DNA of 64,000 nucleotides, taken from NCBI GenBank assembly GCA_951406725.2, contig OX597819.1, forward strand, positions 18,600,001 through 18,664,000, given 5' to 3'. Positions 1-16,138 of this stretch are shown here, piece after piece. Source of the stretch: Octopus vulgaris. Lineage: Eukaryota. The notes beneath the pieces were generated by a model. The model was given only the letters and a program-made list of their open reading frames with translations. It did not search any database and had not been told where the DNA came from. Position numbers and translations under genes: made by a program. How positions within the stretch are numbered: the stretch's first letter is position 1; each line of letters opens with the position of its first letter.

Positions 1-249
1 CTAGCATCGAGGCCAGCATCAGCAACACTGGCGAAAAAGCAGCCATACCAGTAGCATGTCCGACACCAACCTAACACCAACAACACTGCTACGACTACGA
101 CCAGCGAGACATCACCCACCACCTACGCCAACAGCAGCAGCAACAGCAACAACCAAAACAGCAGCAGCAGCAGCAACAACAGCAACAGCAACAACAACAA
201 AGGCAAGAATATTAACTAAACAAAAATAAGAACGGTTACCCATTTTGGT

Positions 250-449
250 AAAGGGCCAGCAGTTTTTGAGGGGAGGGGCAAGTCGATTCCGTCAATCCCG
301 GTTCTTCACTGGTGCTTATTTTATCAACTCCGAAACGGTAAACGGTTATGCCAAGCTCGGTGGAGTTTGAACTCTGAATCTAAAGCCGGACGAAATAGCG
401 TTAAGCATTTTGTCCGGTGTGTTCATGTTTCTGCAGAACTGCCACCTTG
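250..449 (-). mobile_element. Degenerate tRNA-derived SINE, family A
   Basis: Reverse complement resembles the family A copies at 24561-24786 and 47553-47970 (B-box-like GAGTTCAAA, core GTCGAT...CACTGGT.CTTATTTTATC). Confidence 0.7.
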
Positions 450-453
450 ATGA

Positions 454-518
<65 letters not shown>

Positions 519-539
519 GTGGTGATGATGATGATGATG

Positions 540-603
<64 letters not shown>
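448..603. repeat. Compound microsatellite (GAT/GGT)n followed by (TAA)n
   Basis: Seen directly in the sequence. Confidence 0.95.
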
Positions 604-604
<1 letters not shown>

Positions 605-1007
605 TGTCAGAGATCATGAAGAAAAAAAATGCTTTCTAATTGATGTATCAATACCGGCTGATGACAACGTGTCTCTAAAAGAAATGGAGAAACTCTCAAA
701 ATACAAAGACCTGGAAATAGAGGTAACTAGAATGTGGAATCTGAAAACAGAAACAATTCCTATCATAGTAGGTGCATTAGGCATGATAAAAAAATATTCA
801 GACAAATACATAACAAAAACACCAGGACTTACAAACACATATAACATACAGAAAATTGCACTACTAGACACTGCACACATCCTACGCAGAACACTTTCCA
901 TACAATAACCATCAGAGCATCACAACAAATCACAGCACATACCCAAGGCACACAGAGCTGTGCTCGGTAGTGAAGTGAAAGCACGCTATAAAAATAAAAC
1001 TACTGAA
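604..1007 (+). mobile_element. 5'-truncated R4/Dong-like non-LTR retrotransposon 3' end (restriction-like endonuclease C-terminus plus 3' UTR)
   Basis: Open frame VRDHEEKKCFLIDVSIPADDNVSLKEMEKLSKYKDLEIEVTRMWNLKTETIPIIVGALG...IQKIALLDTAHILRRTL with stop at 906-908. The IDVxxP, KxxKY, PIIVGALG and QKxALLxTAxILR motifs are typical of RLE elements. AATAAA at 993-998; flanked on both sides by (TAA)n. Confidence 0.88.
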
Positions 1008-1258
<251 letters not shown>

Positions 1259-1264
1259 TCTAAT

Positions 1265-1478
1265 ATAGGCACCAGACCTGAAATTTGGGGAAGGGGCTCA
1301 GTCGATTACATCGACCCCAGTGCCTCATTGGTACTTAATCTATCGACCACGAAAGGATGAAGGGCAAAGTGGACGTCGGAGGAATTTGAACTGAGAACGT
1401 AAGGACAGACGAAATGCCGCTAAGCGTTTGTACCGGTGACGCGTAGCGAGAGGTGGCGTTGGCAGGAATGCTTAGCGT
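1265..1478 (-). mobile_element. SINE family A, with a head fragment in the opposite orientation at about 1450-1478
   Basis: GTCGATTACATCGACCCCAGTG...GGAATTTGAACTGAGAACG matches family A on the minus strand; AGGTGGCGTTGGCAGGAATGCTTAGC is the head in plus orientation. Confidence 0.75.
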
Positions 1479-1489
1479 AGAAACACCGA

Positions 1490-1515
1490 CAACAACAACA
1501 ACTACAACAATTACC

Positions 1516-1552
<37 letters not shown>

Positions 1553-1553
1553 C

Positions 1554-1624
<71 letters not shown>

Positions 1625-2586
1625 CGATGATGATGATGATGACGATGATGATGTTGGTAACGGCAACAACAGCAAGAATAAGTGAAAAAACTTTTAGCAA
1701 CAACAGCCGAAACAAGAACAGCGTTTGTAAGTGTTTGCAGTGCCCCAGCATGGCCACAGTCTAATGACTGAAAAAAGAAAAAAGTGAAAGTAAAAAAAAA
1801 AGTAAAGACTGAAAATCACAAGCAACACAAGGAACAATAAAAAGAACGGTAACAACAGAACGAACACCACCATTTCCACCACCACCACCACCACCACCAC
1901 CAACACCACCACCAACAACACCACCACCAACACCACCACCACCAACACCACCACTACCACCACCACTACCACCGACTCCACCACCACCACCACCACCAAC
2001 AACACCACCACTACCACCGCCACTACCACCGACTCCACCAACACCACTACCACCAACAACACCACCACTACTGGCACCACCAACACCACCACCAACACCA
2101 CCGAAACCACTACCAACACCACCAACAACACCACTACCAAAACCACCACCAACAACAACAATAACAACAACACCACCACTTCCACCACCAACACCAACAC
2201 CAACACCAACACCAACACCAATACCAACACCACCACCAATACCAACACCACCACCAATACCAACACCACCACCACCAACACCACCACCACCACCACCAAC
2301 ACCCACCACCACCAACACCAACCACCAACAACACCACCACTTCCACCATCACCATCACCTCCACCACCACCAACAACAACAACACCAACAACAACAACTG
2401 CAATAAGTGCACAATCCCTACCCGACTAAACGTTACCGTCTCTCCGTTTACCAACGTCAATAACCCTAACACCCAGGTACGATTCCAACAGCAACAACAA
2501 CAACAACAGCAGCGATCCCCACCAGCCTAAACATCACCGTCACTAAGTCTCTTACAATGTACATCAACAGCACCAGAGGTAGGCTT

Positions 2587-2620
<34 letters not shown>

Positions 2621-2828
2621 CTACAAAAACAACAGCAACAAAAGTATGAGCAGTAAGTGCACTTCCATCAAAACCACAACTATCAGGAATGAAAACAACA
2701 TAAAAAAAAACAACTATAAAATATCAAAAAAAGAAAAAAAATCTCAGAAGTAGTAGAAGTACCAGGATGCGGTACCATTATCATGATCAGCATCATCGCC
2801 ATCATCATCATCATCATCATTATCATCG

Positions 2829-2861
<33 letters not shown>

Positions 2862-2995
2862 CTATCATCATTATCATCGTCATCATCATCATCATCATCA
2901 TCACCATCACCATCATCATCATCATCACCACCACCATCATCATCATCATCCATCATCATCACCACCACCACCACCACCACCACCACCACCACCAG

Positions 2996-3045
<50 letters not shown>

Positions 3046-3068
3046 CCATCATCACCACCACCACCACC

Positions 3069-3114
<46 letters not shown>

Positions 3115-3137
3115 CCACCACCACCACCACCACCACC

Positions 3138-3186
<49 letters not shown>

Positions 3187-3218
3187 CCACCACCACCACC
3201 ACCACCACCACCACCACC

Positions 3219-3252
<34 letters not shown>

Positions 3253-3370
3253 CCATCATCATCATTATCATCATCATCATCATCATCATCATCAACAGCA
3301 ACAGTAGCAGTAGCACCTAAAGACGGCACTAGAACAACAATAGAACAGCTGCGCCGGTAGCAGCAGCGGT

Positions 3371-3429
<59 letters not shown>

Positions 3430-3430
3430 C
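1490..3430. repeat. Trinucleotide microsatellite domain: (GAT)n, (CAC/CAA)n, (CAT)n/(CAC)n, (CAG)n
   Basis: Seen directly; it accounts for all the poly-M, V, G, H, P and S ORFs here. Confidence 0.95.
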
Positions 3431-3674
3431 AAGGTCGTAAACATCAAAGCCGGCATCAGCAGTGACAGCAAGTAGCTGCAGTACCGGTCGTAACAGCAGC
3501 ACCACTCGCTGCAGTTGCAGCACATGCAGTTGATTGAACAACAAACCTTGCAGTTCTATAGCTCGAAGAATATTGATCCAATCAACACCGACACCACCGC
3601 CACCACAAACCATCTGCGCTCCAAACGCCACCACCGATATCGCCCTGTCCATCTCCACCATCACTTACAATACC

Positions 3675-4416
3675 TATTTCTTTACTACTCACAAGGGGCT
3701 AAACACAGAGAGGACAAACAAGGAGAGACAAAAGGATTAAGTCGATTACATCGACCACAGTGCGTAACTGGTACTTACTCTATCGACCCCGAAAGGATGA
3801 AAGGCAAAGTCGACCTCGGTGGAATTTGAATTCAGAACGTAACGGCAGTCGAAATACCTATTCCTTTATTACCCACAAGGGACTAAACACAGAGAGGACA
3901 AACAAGGACAGACAAACGGATTAAGTCGATTACATCGACCACAGTGCGTAACTGGTACTTATTTAATTTAATAGACCCCGAAAGGATGAAAGGCAAAGTC
4001 GACCTCGGTGGAATTTGAACTCAGAACGTAATGGCAGTCGAAATACCTATTTCTTTATTACCCACAAGGGGCTAAACACAGAGAGGACAAACAAATACAG
4101 ACAAACGGATTAAGTCGATTATAACGGCCCCACTGCGTAACTGGTACTTATTTAATATACCCCGATAGGATGAAAGGCAAAGTTGACCTCGGCGGAACTT
4201 GAACACAGAACGTAACGGCAGACGAAATACCTATTTCTTTATTATCCACAAGGGGCTAAACACAGAGAGGACAAACAACGACGGACAAACGGATTAAGTC
4301 GATAATATCGACCCCAGTGCGTAACTGGTACTTATTTAATCGACCCCGAAAGGATAAAAGCAAAGTCGACTTCGGCGGAATTTGAACTCACAACGTTTCT
4401 GCCAGCTCGCCGCCTT
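3675..4416 (-). mobile_element. Head-to-tail tetramer of SINE family A (units of about 185 bp)
   Basis: Junction GAAATAC|CTATT(T/C)CTTT recurs at about 3851, 4040 and 4224. Direct repeat CTTACAATACC at 3664-3674 and 4414-4424 flanks the whole array. Confidence 0.9.
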
Positions 4417-4779
4417 ACAATACCATTACTGTCTACTCAATCTCCCGCCATCAATATTTACTGCTCTCCACAAGATCGCCACGACATCACCTCCATCATC
4501 ACCGTCACCATCACCACCGCCACTAACATCACCAACACCAACAACAACATCAATAACTGCAGCTATCCCACTAACCTCGATCCCTATATCATCTCTACCC
4601 CAAACAGCACCCAAAACTTTAAAGACGTCACCACCACCATCACCACCGTCACAGGTAACCCTTCCCTCAGCAGCAAAACCAGCATTACTACGTAGATCGG
4701 CAGCACAAGAATAACACCCGCACCCACACATTCTCCATCACCACCTCCACTTTGGACATTAGTATCAACACAGACAAAC

Positions 4780-5115
4780 GAGTCAAACATCTGCTAAAAA
4801 CAGCAGTCAAATAGCCTTAAAACTTCATTCTACCCATAGGAGAGAGCAATTTTAGATAGTTCTACGCACAATTGAAACATGAGAATGGTCATGGAAGGAT
4901 TGCCTTTGTTCATAGAATTATTTTGTTGTTGCTGACCAGCTTTAAAACGGGCCAGCGAGGGTAATTTTTATCGATCGATCTATTAGAAATAGGAAGCAAA
5001 TATTCAATTGAAAACCTACGGTCCTAAAAAGAAACAGTGTACATTAGACAGATGGTCACGGTGGGGTGCATTTCATGGTGCTGGTGCGGGATCAATGCTG
5101 ACCTACCTCTAGAGA
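4780..5115 (+). repeat. Two degenerate copies of an interspersed repeat (TAGAAATAG...GATGGTCA...GCTGACC), also at about 14540, 46370-46490 and 46710-46925
   Basis: Short motifs shared among these loci; high divergence. Confidence 0.4.
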
Positions 5116-5621
5116 TCAATGCAGCGCCATCAATGCTAATCATTGGACAAGTGATCCAACTGGATACCATTTTACGGGTCTTTCCATTTGCTGATAAGGT
5201 AATTTGTGTACGTCCCGTAACATAGCAGAACGGCCCAAGAGATCGATAGAATAAGTACGAAATTTACAAGACCAGTATAAGGTCAGTGAGGTCAAAATGT
5301 TTGATTAAATCCTCCAATGTGGTTTCCTCCAGTTTGGCCACTGTCCAACAACGAAATGGTAAGTGATGTACATTAAAGCCCTGTAATGTTTTTACAATAT
5401 CACATATTTTGTTGAAAAACAATGCTGAACCAAATAATTCTAATCTAATATAATTCGATCGGTTTCTTCGGGATTTGAACAAGGAAACTACAAGGAAACG
5501 TTCGCAAAATGTGGCATTTTCCCGTCGACTAATATTGCCATTCAGTTAATATATTTTTCTGGGACGCTTTATCAATTTTGGCATACCAACGTCATTTCTG
5601 CTGTTCAAGAAAACAATTCAA

Positions 5622-5664
<43 letters not shown>

Positions 5665-5715
5665 CATATACATACATATATACATACATACACACATACA
5701 TACATATATACATAT

Positions 5716-5838
5716 ATCACGTCACGTGACGACGTGACGAACCAGGCTATCAGATGTTGCTACACATCGCTGGTCACACTGCGCTTCGCATTGTTTTAGC
5801 CTTCAAATGACGCCAGCCCGCTGGCTAAGCGAGCAGGC

Positions 5839-5841
<3 letters not shown>
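5716..5841. repeat. About 125 bp interspersed repeat embedded in (TA)n; inverted copy at 28493-28605
   Basis: CAGATGTTGCTACACATCGCTGGTCACA...CAAATGACGCCA...CTGGCTAAGCGAG is the reverse complement of 28495-28600. Confidence 0.85.
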
Positions 5842-5902
<61 letters not shown>

Positions 5903-5904
5903 AT

Positions 5905-6285
5905 ATTTTCTCCTTTATTTGTTTCAGTCATTTGACTGCGGCCATGCTAGGGGGTGCATTTAGTTGAACAAATTGACAGCAAGACTAATTCTTTGTAAAT
6001 CTAGTACTTATTCTATCAATCTCCTTTGCCGAACCGCTGGCTTAAGAAGACGTAAACACACTAACGTCACTTGTCAAACAATGGTGGAGGAAGAAACCCA
6101 GACACAAACATATGCATACAGATATATGATGGGCTTCTTGCAGTTTCCATCTACCAAATCGATTCACAAGATTTTGGTTGCTCCACCGATATAGTAGAAG
6201 TCACCTGCCCAATTGCATCGAAGAGGGAATGAACCCGGAATCATGAGGTTGGAAAGGAAGATTCGTACCTTACAGCCACACGTGA
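5905..6285 (-). mobile_element. Degenerate SINE family B
   Basis: TTGTTTCAGTCATTTGACTGCGGCCATGCT tail and TTTCCATCTACCAAATC.ATTCACAAG body are the reverse complement of 33103-33755. Confidence 0.8.
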
Positions 6286-6588
6286 GCCTGCGTATATTTC
6301 TTTACACATATATCTATGAAGCTTCGCAGGTGCTCAGCGTCTTGCAGTTACGATATTGTGCTTGTGATGTCAATTCCTCTACCTGGTGGTACCTTGTATT
6401 TTTGAGTAAAGTATTTCACCTTACTTCGATTACTTCGACACTTGATGTGTGCTACACAGTAGCCCTGTTCAGACAGCGTCGATTTGATGGAGAGAGTGAG
6501 CATTAAAATTTGATCACTATAAACGAATCAATTGCGCAGATCTTTCATCTAAAGATGAACGCTCAAGCGTCGTCTTGGACGGGAGAAT

Positions 6589-6661
<73 letters not shown>

Positions 6662-6799
6662 GTAACAGCAGCAGAATGGTTAGCAGGTGGCAATATTTAC
6701 CCCCAACTTAACATGAAGGTTGAGTTAAAACAGAGAATACTAAGTTATTTACTTCGAGAAGTGTTGTCATATGGACGCGTGATGCATGAAGGCACCCAT

Positions 6800-6842
<43 letters not shown>

Positions 6843-7055
6843 TATCATTCTTTGAAATATTGGAATCTACAAAGAGACCGGAATAACATAGTCATCAAAT
6901 GTTTAAGTGGCTGGGTCAAATTAACCTATTACACACATTGTTTGCTCTTCTATACACACACAAATGCTCGAATTCCATAAATATATGCCTATATACGTAT
7001 AAATATATATATACATACATGTATATATATATATATATACATACAGATATATATA

Positions 7056-7148
<93 letters not shown>

Positions 7149-7739
7149 TGCATGTATGTGGGTATGGAGTTTTGAAGTATGGTGTTTTGATGGAGCTTGT
7201 ATTTTAAGTAGAGAGCGTCATTTATATGAAAATGTATGACATATTGCGGCTGATGGAGGGCAACGTGTGTTGTTTTATTTATGATTTTGTTTCATAATAT
7301 AAACCTCATTGAAATTCATTAGTTCATTCACATTTCACAATTGAAATTATTTCTGCTGAAAATAGTTCCCTGATAATGTTGACGCACATGTACACACACA
7401 CAACATACACACACATACATACACACACATACATACACACACCACACTGAAATTGATTTGGGAATATACGGCGTGTAGCTTATGTATGTGTGTATGTTTT
7501 AGAGAAATAAGGGAAATATATATATTCCTACAAAGCTATACCCACACACCCACGTATATATATGTATATATATATATATATATATATAGAAAGAGAGAGA
7601 GAGAGAGAGATTTATATATATAAAGATATATATCTTTATATGTTTATATATATAAGATGTATATATATATATATTTCTATATATATATATATATTTATAG
7701 TATATATTTATATATATATTGTATATATATATTTTTATT

Positions 7740-7836
<97 letters not shown>

Positions 7837-8119
7837 TTGTGCATACATACACTCGCGCACACTTTTGAAATAAAAATATATTCGGGAAAGAACTCAACAA
7901 AAGAAATAGGAAAGCTAAATGGATATAAGAATGCGAATAGCTGGTAGGAGTGTGTACGTAGGTGTCTATATGCGAGTATGTGTGTATATGTATGTATATA
8001 TGGCGTCCGGTTTCGCGTGTTTGTGTTTATAGTTTGTAGCAGAATGCAGTGATCCGTAATGGATGTTGGTCAATGAATAGCAACGTAAAACAGATATTGT
8101 TGGAGAGAATCAACAAAAG

Positions 8120-9750
<1,631 letters not shown>

Positions 9751-10024
9751 AGACGTATAACAGGAGGCAATGTGTAATATTTCTCGATAAAGTTACTGTG
9801 AGGTCGTTACGACATGATGTGAAGAAAAAAAAATGTTCACGATGGTAGGTTATGATGGCGCTGTTTGTGATGATGGTGATGGTCGTGTTGGTGATGTGGT
9901 AATAATCTTAATGGTGATGGGATGGTGATTGTGTTGCAGAATCTGCGATAGTGGCAATGGTGTTGTTGATGATAGCAGAGGACATCGGGGTAATAATTTT
10001 GATGATAGTAATAGGCATGGCAAC

Positions 10025-10200
10025 GTGGGGGGAGCTGGCAGAATGGTTAGCACGTCGGACAAATTGCTTAGCGGTATTTCTCCGGCTCTTTATGTTCTAA
10101 GTTCAAATCTCAACTTCATCATCTTTACCTTTCCTCCGTTCGGGGACGATAGAATAAAGCACCAGTTTAGTACTGACTTCTTATCGAATTATCCGTCTCC
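10025..10200 (+). mobile_element. SINE family A, 5' part
   Basis: GGAGCTGGCAGAATGGTTAGCACGTCGGACAAATTGCTTAGCGGTATTTC...AGTTCAAAT (A-box-like and B-box-like motifs). Confidence 0.8.
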
Positions 10201-11812
10201 TAAAAACTTTCTGGCTTTAAACCCTGCAGTTGATTGGCTTCCCGTCTCGATGCAATATTTGGACGTCGGTGACTTATACGTCATGAAATTCGAGCAACCA
10301 ATATTGCAAATCCTGGTGTCTGGGAAAAAATTCGGACTTTTTCCTAGATTTGAAAATTGTTTTACATATAGGTTTTGAGGGGATCGAGTTCTTTATGGAC
10401 CTCATGGCATTTAATGAAAGAGAAATATTTAAACTAAAGTTCCAACCGCTAATGCTTGGAACACAGAGGTTTCTGCAAAAGATGAAGAGCCTGCCAGATG
10501 TTAAAACGAACTGGGACATCAATCGAAAACCAATTTATGCTATGGCGGGACGAACTCAGAACGAAAAGACTTCAAATAAATGGCTCAAACAATCTGGTCT
10601 TAGATTCCTACACTTCTGCTAATTCGGCAGTCGGGTTTGGTAAATTCTTCGATTGGTACCCGAGAGGAGTATGCCGACGATGGCAACGACACCAGTAATG
10701 TTGACTATGATCAGGAGAAAGGTAATTCATGGATTCGGGCGGGGGTGGTGAAGGTGAAGAAAGAATAAAGGGATATCAGCTGGTCTCAGGGAAAGGGAGG
10801 GGGAGGAGGTGGAGGTAGTTTTACAACATAATGTGTAGAGGTTATGTTATTGAAATCTCGCATTCCATGCATGTGTCTGTTAACATGCTTTTATGTGTGT
10901 GCGTCAAGATAAAAATATATATGTTTACGTCTGCATATATACGTGTGAGTATATATGTATATATATATATTTATATATGTATATATATGTATATATATAT
11001 AGTTATGTAAATATTTATATAGATGTATATATATATAGTTATCTAAATATTTATATACATGTATGTATATATTTATGTATGTATATATATATATATATTT
11101 ATGCATGAATATATTTATATATATATAAATATATATATATACTCTATATATATGTGTGTGTGTATATGAAATGCGCACTCTCTTTCTCTATACATGTGTA
11201 TATATATACACGCATGCACACATACCTACGCTAACACACACACCTATCTATATTGGGAGGGGGATCGGCCGTTAGTTTCGACGTTAATGAATACAATATG
11301 GTCGATTTTGATTTGATTGCATTATAGTTGTTGTCTTATATATATATGTCTTTCAATAAATTGTATATATTTCTTCTTTTGTATTTTTTCATCCTCCTCC
11401 GGATAAATATGCTGGCGTTATATAAAGCAAAAGAAAAAAACAAAACAGAGAGAAAATGCAAAAAAAAAATTCAAATATATGCATACAAAAGTAAAACAAA
11501 CGTTTGAAAACAAATGTAAATCTATAAAAAAAAAATTCTTTAATATTGTAAGCATTGTAACTCATAAATAGAATGCTTTATTTTTTTCGTTTTGTTAAAA
11601 AAAAAAATATATATATATATAGATAATACAATAAGACGAATGCACAAACAATTTTTGACAAAAAATACTACACAAAAATTATAAATACATATAAATATCC
11701 ATATGTTAAAAATAGCAAATCAAACGAAGCAAAACAAGGCAAAAAAAAGAAACACACCAAAATGGCCGACCAAAACAAAAACATTTGCAATATCAAATCT
11801 ATTTCAATACAA

Positions 11813-11853
<41 letters not shown>

Positions 11854-11899
11854 TATATATATATATGTATATATATCTATATGTATATATATCTATATA

Positions 11900-11946
<47 letters not shown>

Positions 11947-11960
11947 TTATACATATACAT

Positions 11961-12055
<95 letters not shown>

Positions 12056-12473
12056 TATATATCATGCATACATGTATAATTGTTTATAGTATATTTAGGT
12101 ATGTATATACTCATGTGTCTATGCGTTCCTGTGTGTTTCGAAACATGCCCTACTACCGTTGCTCTCCGCTGCTGCAAGACAGGGCCACCAACCATCCCCC
12201 ACCCCCCGCCACACAATCTGTTTTCATCACCTGTGCTCAACATCTTTTAAATAAAGAGCCGACTTTTTGTTAGCATCTATTCAGTTGAAAATACATTTAA
12301 TTGAATTTTTTTCATTCATGTTTGATACGTATTCATCATAGTCGTCATCACTACCCCATCGCCCACCACTACTACTACCACTACCATCATCATTATTATC
12401 ACCTTATTGTTGTTGTTGTTGTTATTGTTATTGTTATTGTATGATTATCATCATCTCCTTCTCCTTCGAGTCC

Positions 12474-12550
<77 letters not shown>

Positions 12551-13344
12551 ACTGTTATTTTTGTTGTTGTTGTTGTTGTTGTCGTTGGTGTTGCTGTTGA
12601 TGTTGTTGCTTCTCTTTTGATTTGTTTTATTGTTGTTTTTTTTTCTCTTATTGTCCTATTTACTTGTTATTTATCCTCCCCTACGCAACCGTCTTTTAAA
12701 AATTTTGGAATATTTCCAGAAATTATTATATAAACAATTATTACAAAATTTTTGACATTAATAATTGTACTGAAAATTTTTAGGGAAGTAAATTTATTTT
12801 AATAAAAAAAAAACCAAGATTATTTATCATTAATATTTGCTCTTCTATTTACAATTTATATTATTATAATTATACTTCTAACAATTATTATTTGTATTAA
12901 TATTATAATTTTATCATTATCATCATCATCATTACCATCATCGCCATGAATAGTATGTACATAGCTTTGGGTTTTAAAAATTCAAATGTGTGTTTTTGAT
13001 AGCAATATAGGAATATAATGCGGTAATAGATCGATAAAAATAAGCAATAAACGAATCTTAGTTATCCATTCGGTGTTCGATCGATGCCGTTATCAGCTAA
13101 AACGTCTTAGTCGAAAGTATTGATTTTTTTTCACCCTCTTTTTATCGGATTCCTTCCGTATCTATGTGTTATTCACAATATTTAAGCGAATACATCTTTG
13201 TAAGGAATTTAATCCATAAGACATGTATTTAATGTGAAATTATGTTGTCTTAGTGTGTAAGAATTTGTGTGGTTCTTACTGTGTACATATTCACTCATAT
13301 ATATAAGTATATATATATATGTGCTTATATGTGCGCGGGTTAAC

Positions 13345-13632
13345 CATCATCGCTCTCATCGTCGTCGTCGTCGTCATCATCATTGTCATAGCCGTCGTCG
13401 TCGTCATCATCATCATCATCGTCATAGCCGTCGTCAGCACCTCACAACCATCATTATTATCTTCTTCTTCTTCTTCTTTTTCTTCTTCTTCTTCTTCTTC
13501 TTCTTCTTTTCCTTCTTCCTCTTCTTCCTCTTCTTCTTCTTTTCCTTCTTCTTCTTCTTCTTCTTCTTCTTCTTCTTCTTCTTCTTCTTCTTCTTCTTCT
13601 TCTTCTTCTTCTTCTCCTCCTCCTCCTCCTTC
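13345..13632. repeat. (CGT/CAT)n duplicated block followed by a (TTC)n tract
   Basis: Seen directly in the sequence. Confidence 0.9.
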
Positions 13633-14070
13633 TCTTATTCTGCTATATGCTTACATACACACATATACACACATACACGCACACGCATATATGCATACAT
13701 ACACACAAATTTATATATTTTTTCAGTTACAATCATAGACACACGTGTACACCCATGCATATATTCAGGCATACATACCTTAGTTTGTGTTTATACACAC
13801 ATGCATAAGCACGTACATACATATACGCATGCATAAATACATACATTATAACATTAAATTATGCCGGAGGCCTGATGGATATCCTGTGAATCCTGAAAGG
13901 ATGTGTACTGTTCTTTTGCAATCTCTTTGCTGTTTTGGTGTGTCTTTTTTGAAGGTAGGTTAATTCTTTCTCTCGAAAATGAATATTCCTGTGCAATGTC
14001 AGGTCATTAAAATACAAGCGAATATACCTAGATGATAAGAGAAACAGAGAGGGAGACGGAGAGAGAGACA

Positions 14071-14101
<31 letters not shown>

Positions 14102-15683
14102 GTAAACTGTGTCATTAGTGTACAGATATTTAGTGAATGGATGAAAAAAATCATAAATGTCACCTTGATGGTATTTGAACTTAGAAATAGTATTGGAACC
14201 AACATTGCCCTCCATTTTCACCGAAACTCATACGATTCTATCATTGGCCACTTTTGATGATGAAGTGTGGATGATTTAAGTAGCTTTAATATTTGATCGC
14301 TACTTATTTTAACTTTCGGATCTTAAGCCATCGAGGAGTGAGGGTCAGACAAACAATTTTCTCAGCTGGAGTGAAATGGTTCGAAAAAATTCAATTACAC
14401 TTTGCTGTTAACTTTCAGAAAAAAAAATCGTAAAGTTCTAAATGCATTCTGAATAAAAGAGAGAGTTCTGGATACAACGTCTGTTAATTTATGTTGCGTC
14501 TCTGTTGTATGGGAGGTTTACACAATAAGAAACAAATGCAGTCGCTCAACTTGTACATGTAACAAAGGAATCCCGTTAAAATTCAACCCAAATGCTTTTA
14601 AAAATAAAAAAAAATGAAACAAACGATACAAGAAATCTTACATTCTGTTCGGACATAGATTCGACATCCGATTGCAACTTTCTCTTTGCAGGGATGATGT
14701 TTTGTTAAGTAATAAGGTAAGAATGATAATTATTTTAATCAGGAGTTCTGTGAAAATTAATTAGATTGTTGCTCACGTATATACGATGACATCAGTTTTA
14801 TTAAATTCTTCACTTCTGGACGAAAGGATAGACACGGAAATCTGTTAGTTTGCCGAAATCTCATGGAATTAGAAGTGATCAACCTCAATCCCAAACAATT
14901 CCAGATCAATTTGTAGTTGATATCAAATCAAACAATAATAATAATATTTGCTTTGTTTTCCACTTGTTTTCCGTTACAAAAGCAATAAATCTTTTTTCTA
15001 ATTCCTGTCTTTCAAACGTTATTCATTTTCTATTTCTTCATTATATAATTACTCAAATAATTAACGTGTACTTATGTTGTTTGTATTTTTTATTTTATGT
15101 AAATTCTCCGGAATATTCATCAGAGGGACGCGCCTCACTTGATTACTTCGTTTAGATTCTTGGATTAACCAAAATTTGGATTACATTGAATTCACGATTA
15201 TTATTTTATGTCAATATGGCAGTCGATTAGTTTGACTGGTACTTTATTTCTTTCTACCATTTACGGCTGACAAAAGAAAGTAGCTGCTAGTTACCAAGAT
15301 AAATTTAATCGATTAATCACGTCATAAGTTTGTGGATATGTTCCTATGTTAGAAACAATGAATTTAATATATGTTATAAAGATATTATAATTACATCAAG
15401 TGTTGCCGACCACTTGAAGAATATATCAAATACATTTCAAATAAAAGAATTGTCAAGATATCTCTGTAAAGCGACTCAGCAGCTGACGTTTTCGTGATTC
15501 GTTTCCAATTCCAGACAAAATCACCGAATCGTTAAATACCTATGAACAGATATTTGGAATATTTACCACGTGACATATAAAGGAATACTAACAACGGTTC
15601 TATGTCACCTGCTGATTATATAGTCGGACGTATAATACACTTATCCGAACATACAGCAAGCATTCATATGTACATATATAAAT

Positions 15684-15770
<87 letters not shown>

Positions 15771-16016
15771 TGGCTACGATCAAGGTCTAAAATCAACTCT
15801 TAACAGTATATATATACGCACATACACATGGAAATGTTATTCTCATAATTTATTATGAAAATTTTACCATTTTATCATCTCAACTGTTGGTAACGGTTTC
15901 GCGTAGATAAAATGAAAATTAAAGCTGTGAGTAAAATATGCAGTTTTTAATTATTTTAATGATTTTATCGACGATTTTTTCTGAAATATTTAGTACGGAA
16001 ACATTGATTGATGACC

Positions 16017-16138
<122 letters not shown>

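Noticed and set aside
3675-4416. CRISPR-like regularly spaced repeats
   Set aside because: The units are whole ~185-bp SINE copies with no unique spacers; eukaryotic context and no cas genes.
10540-10630. Peptide KTSNKWLKQSGLR resembling an R4/Dong motif
   Set aside because: The DNA aligns better to a decayed minus-strand family A SINE (GGCGG..GAACTCAGAACG...TTCTGCTAATTCG), so the peptide match is likely coincidental.
11250-12310. Possible 3' UTR or terminal exon (A/T-rich sequence with AATAAA motifs)
   Set aside because: AATAAA is frequent by chance at this AT content and no coding exon could be linked to it.
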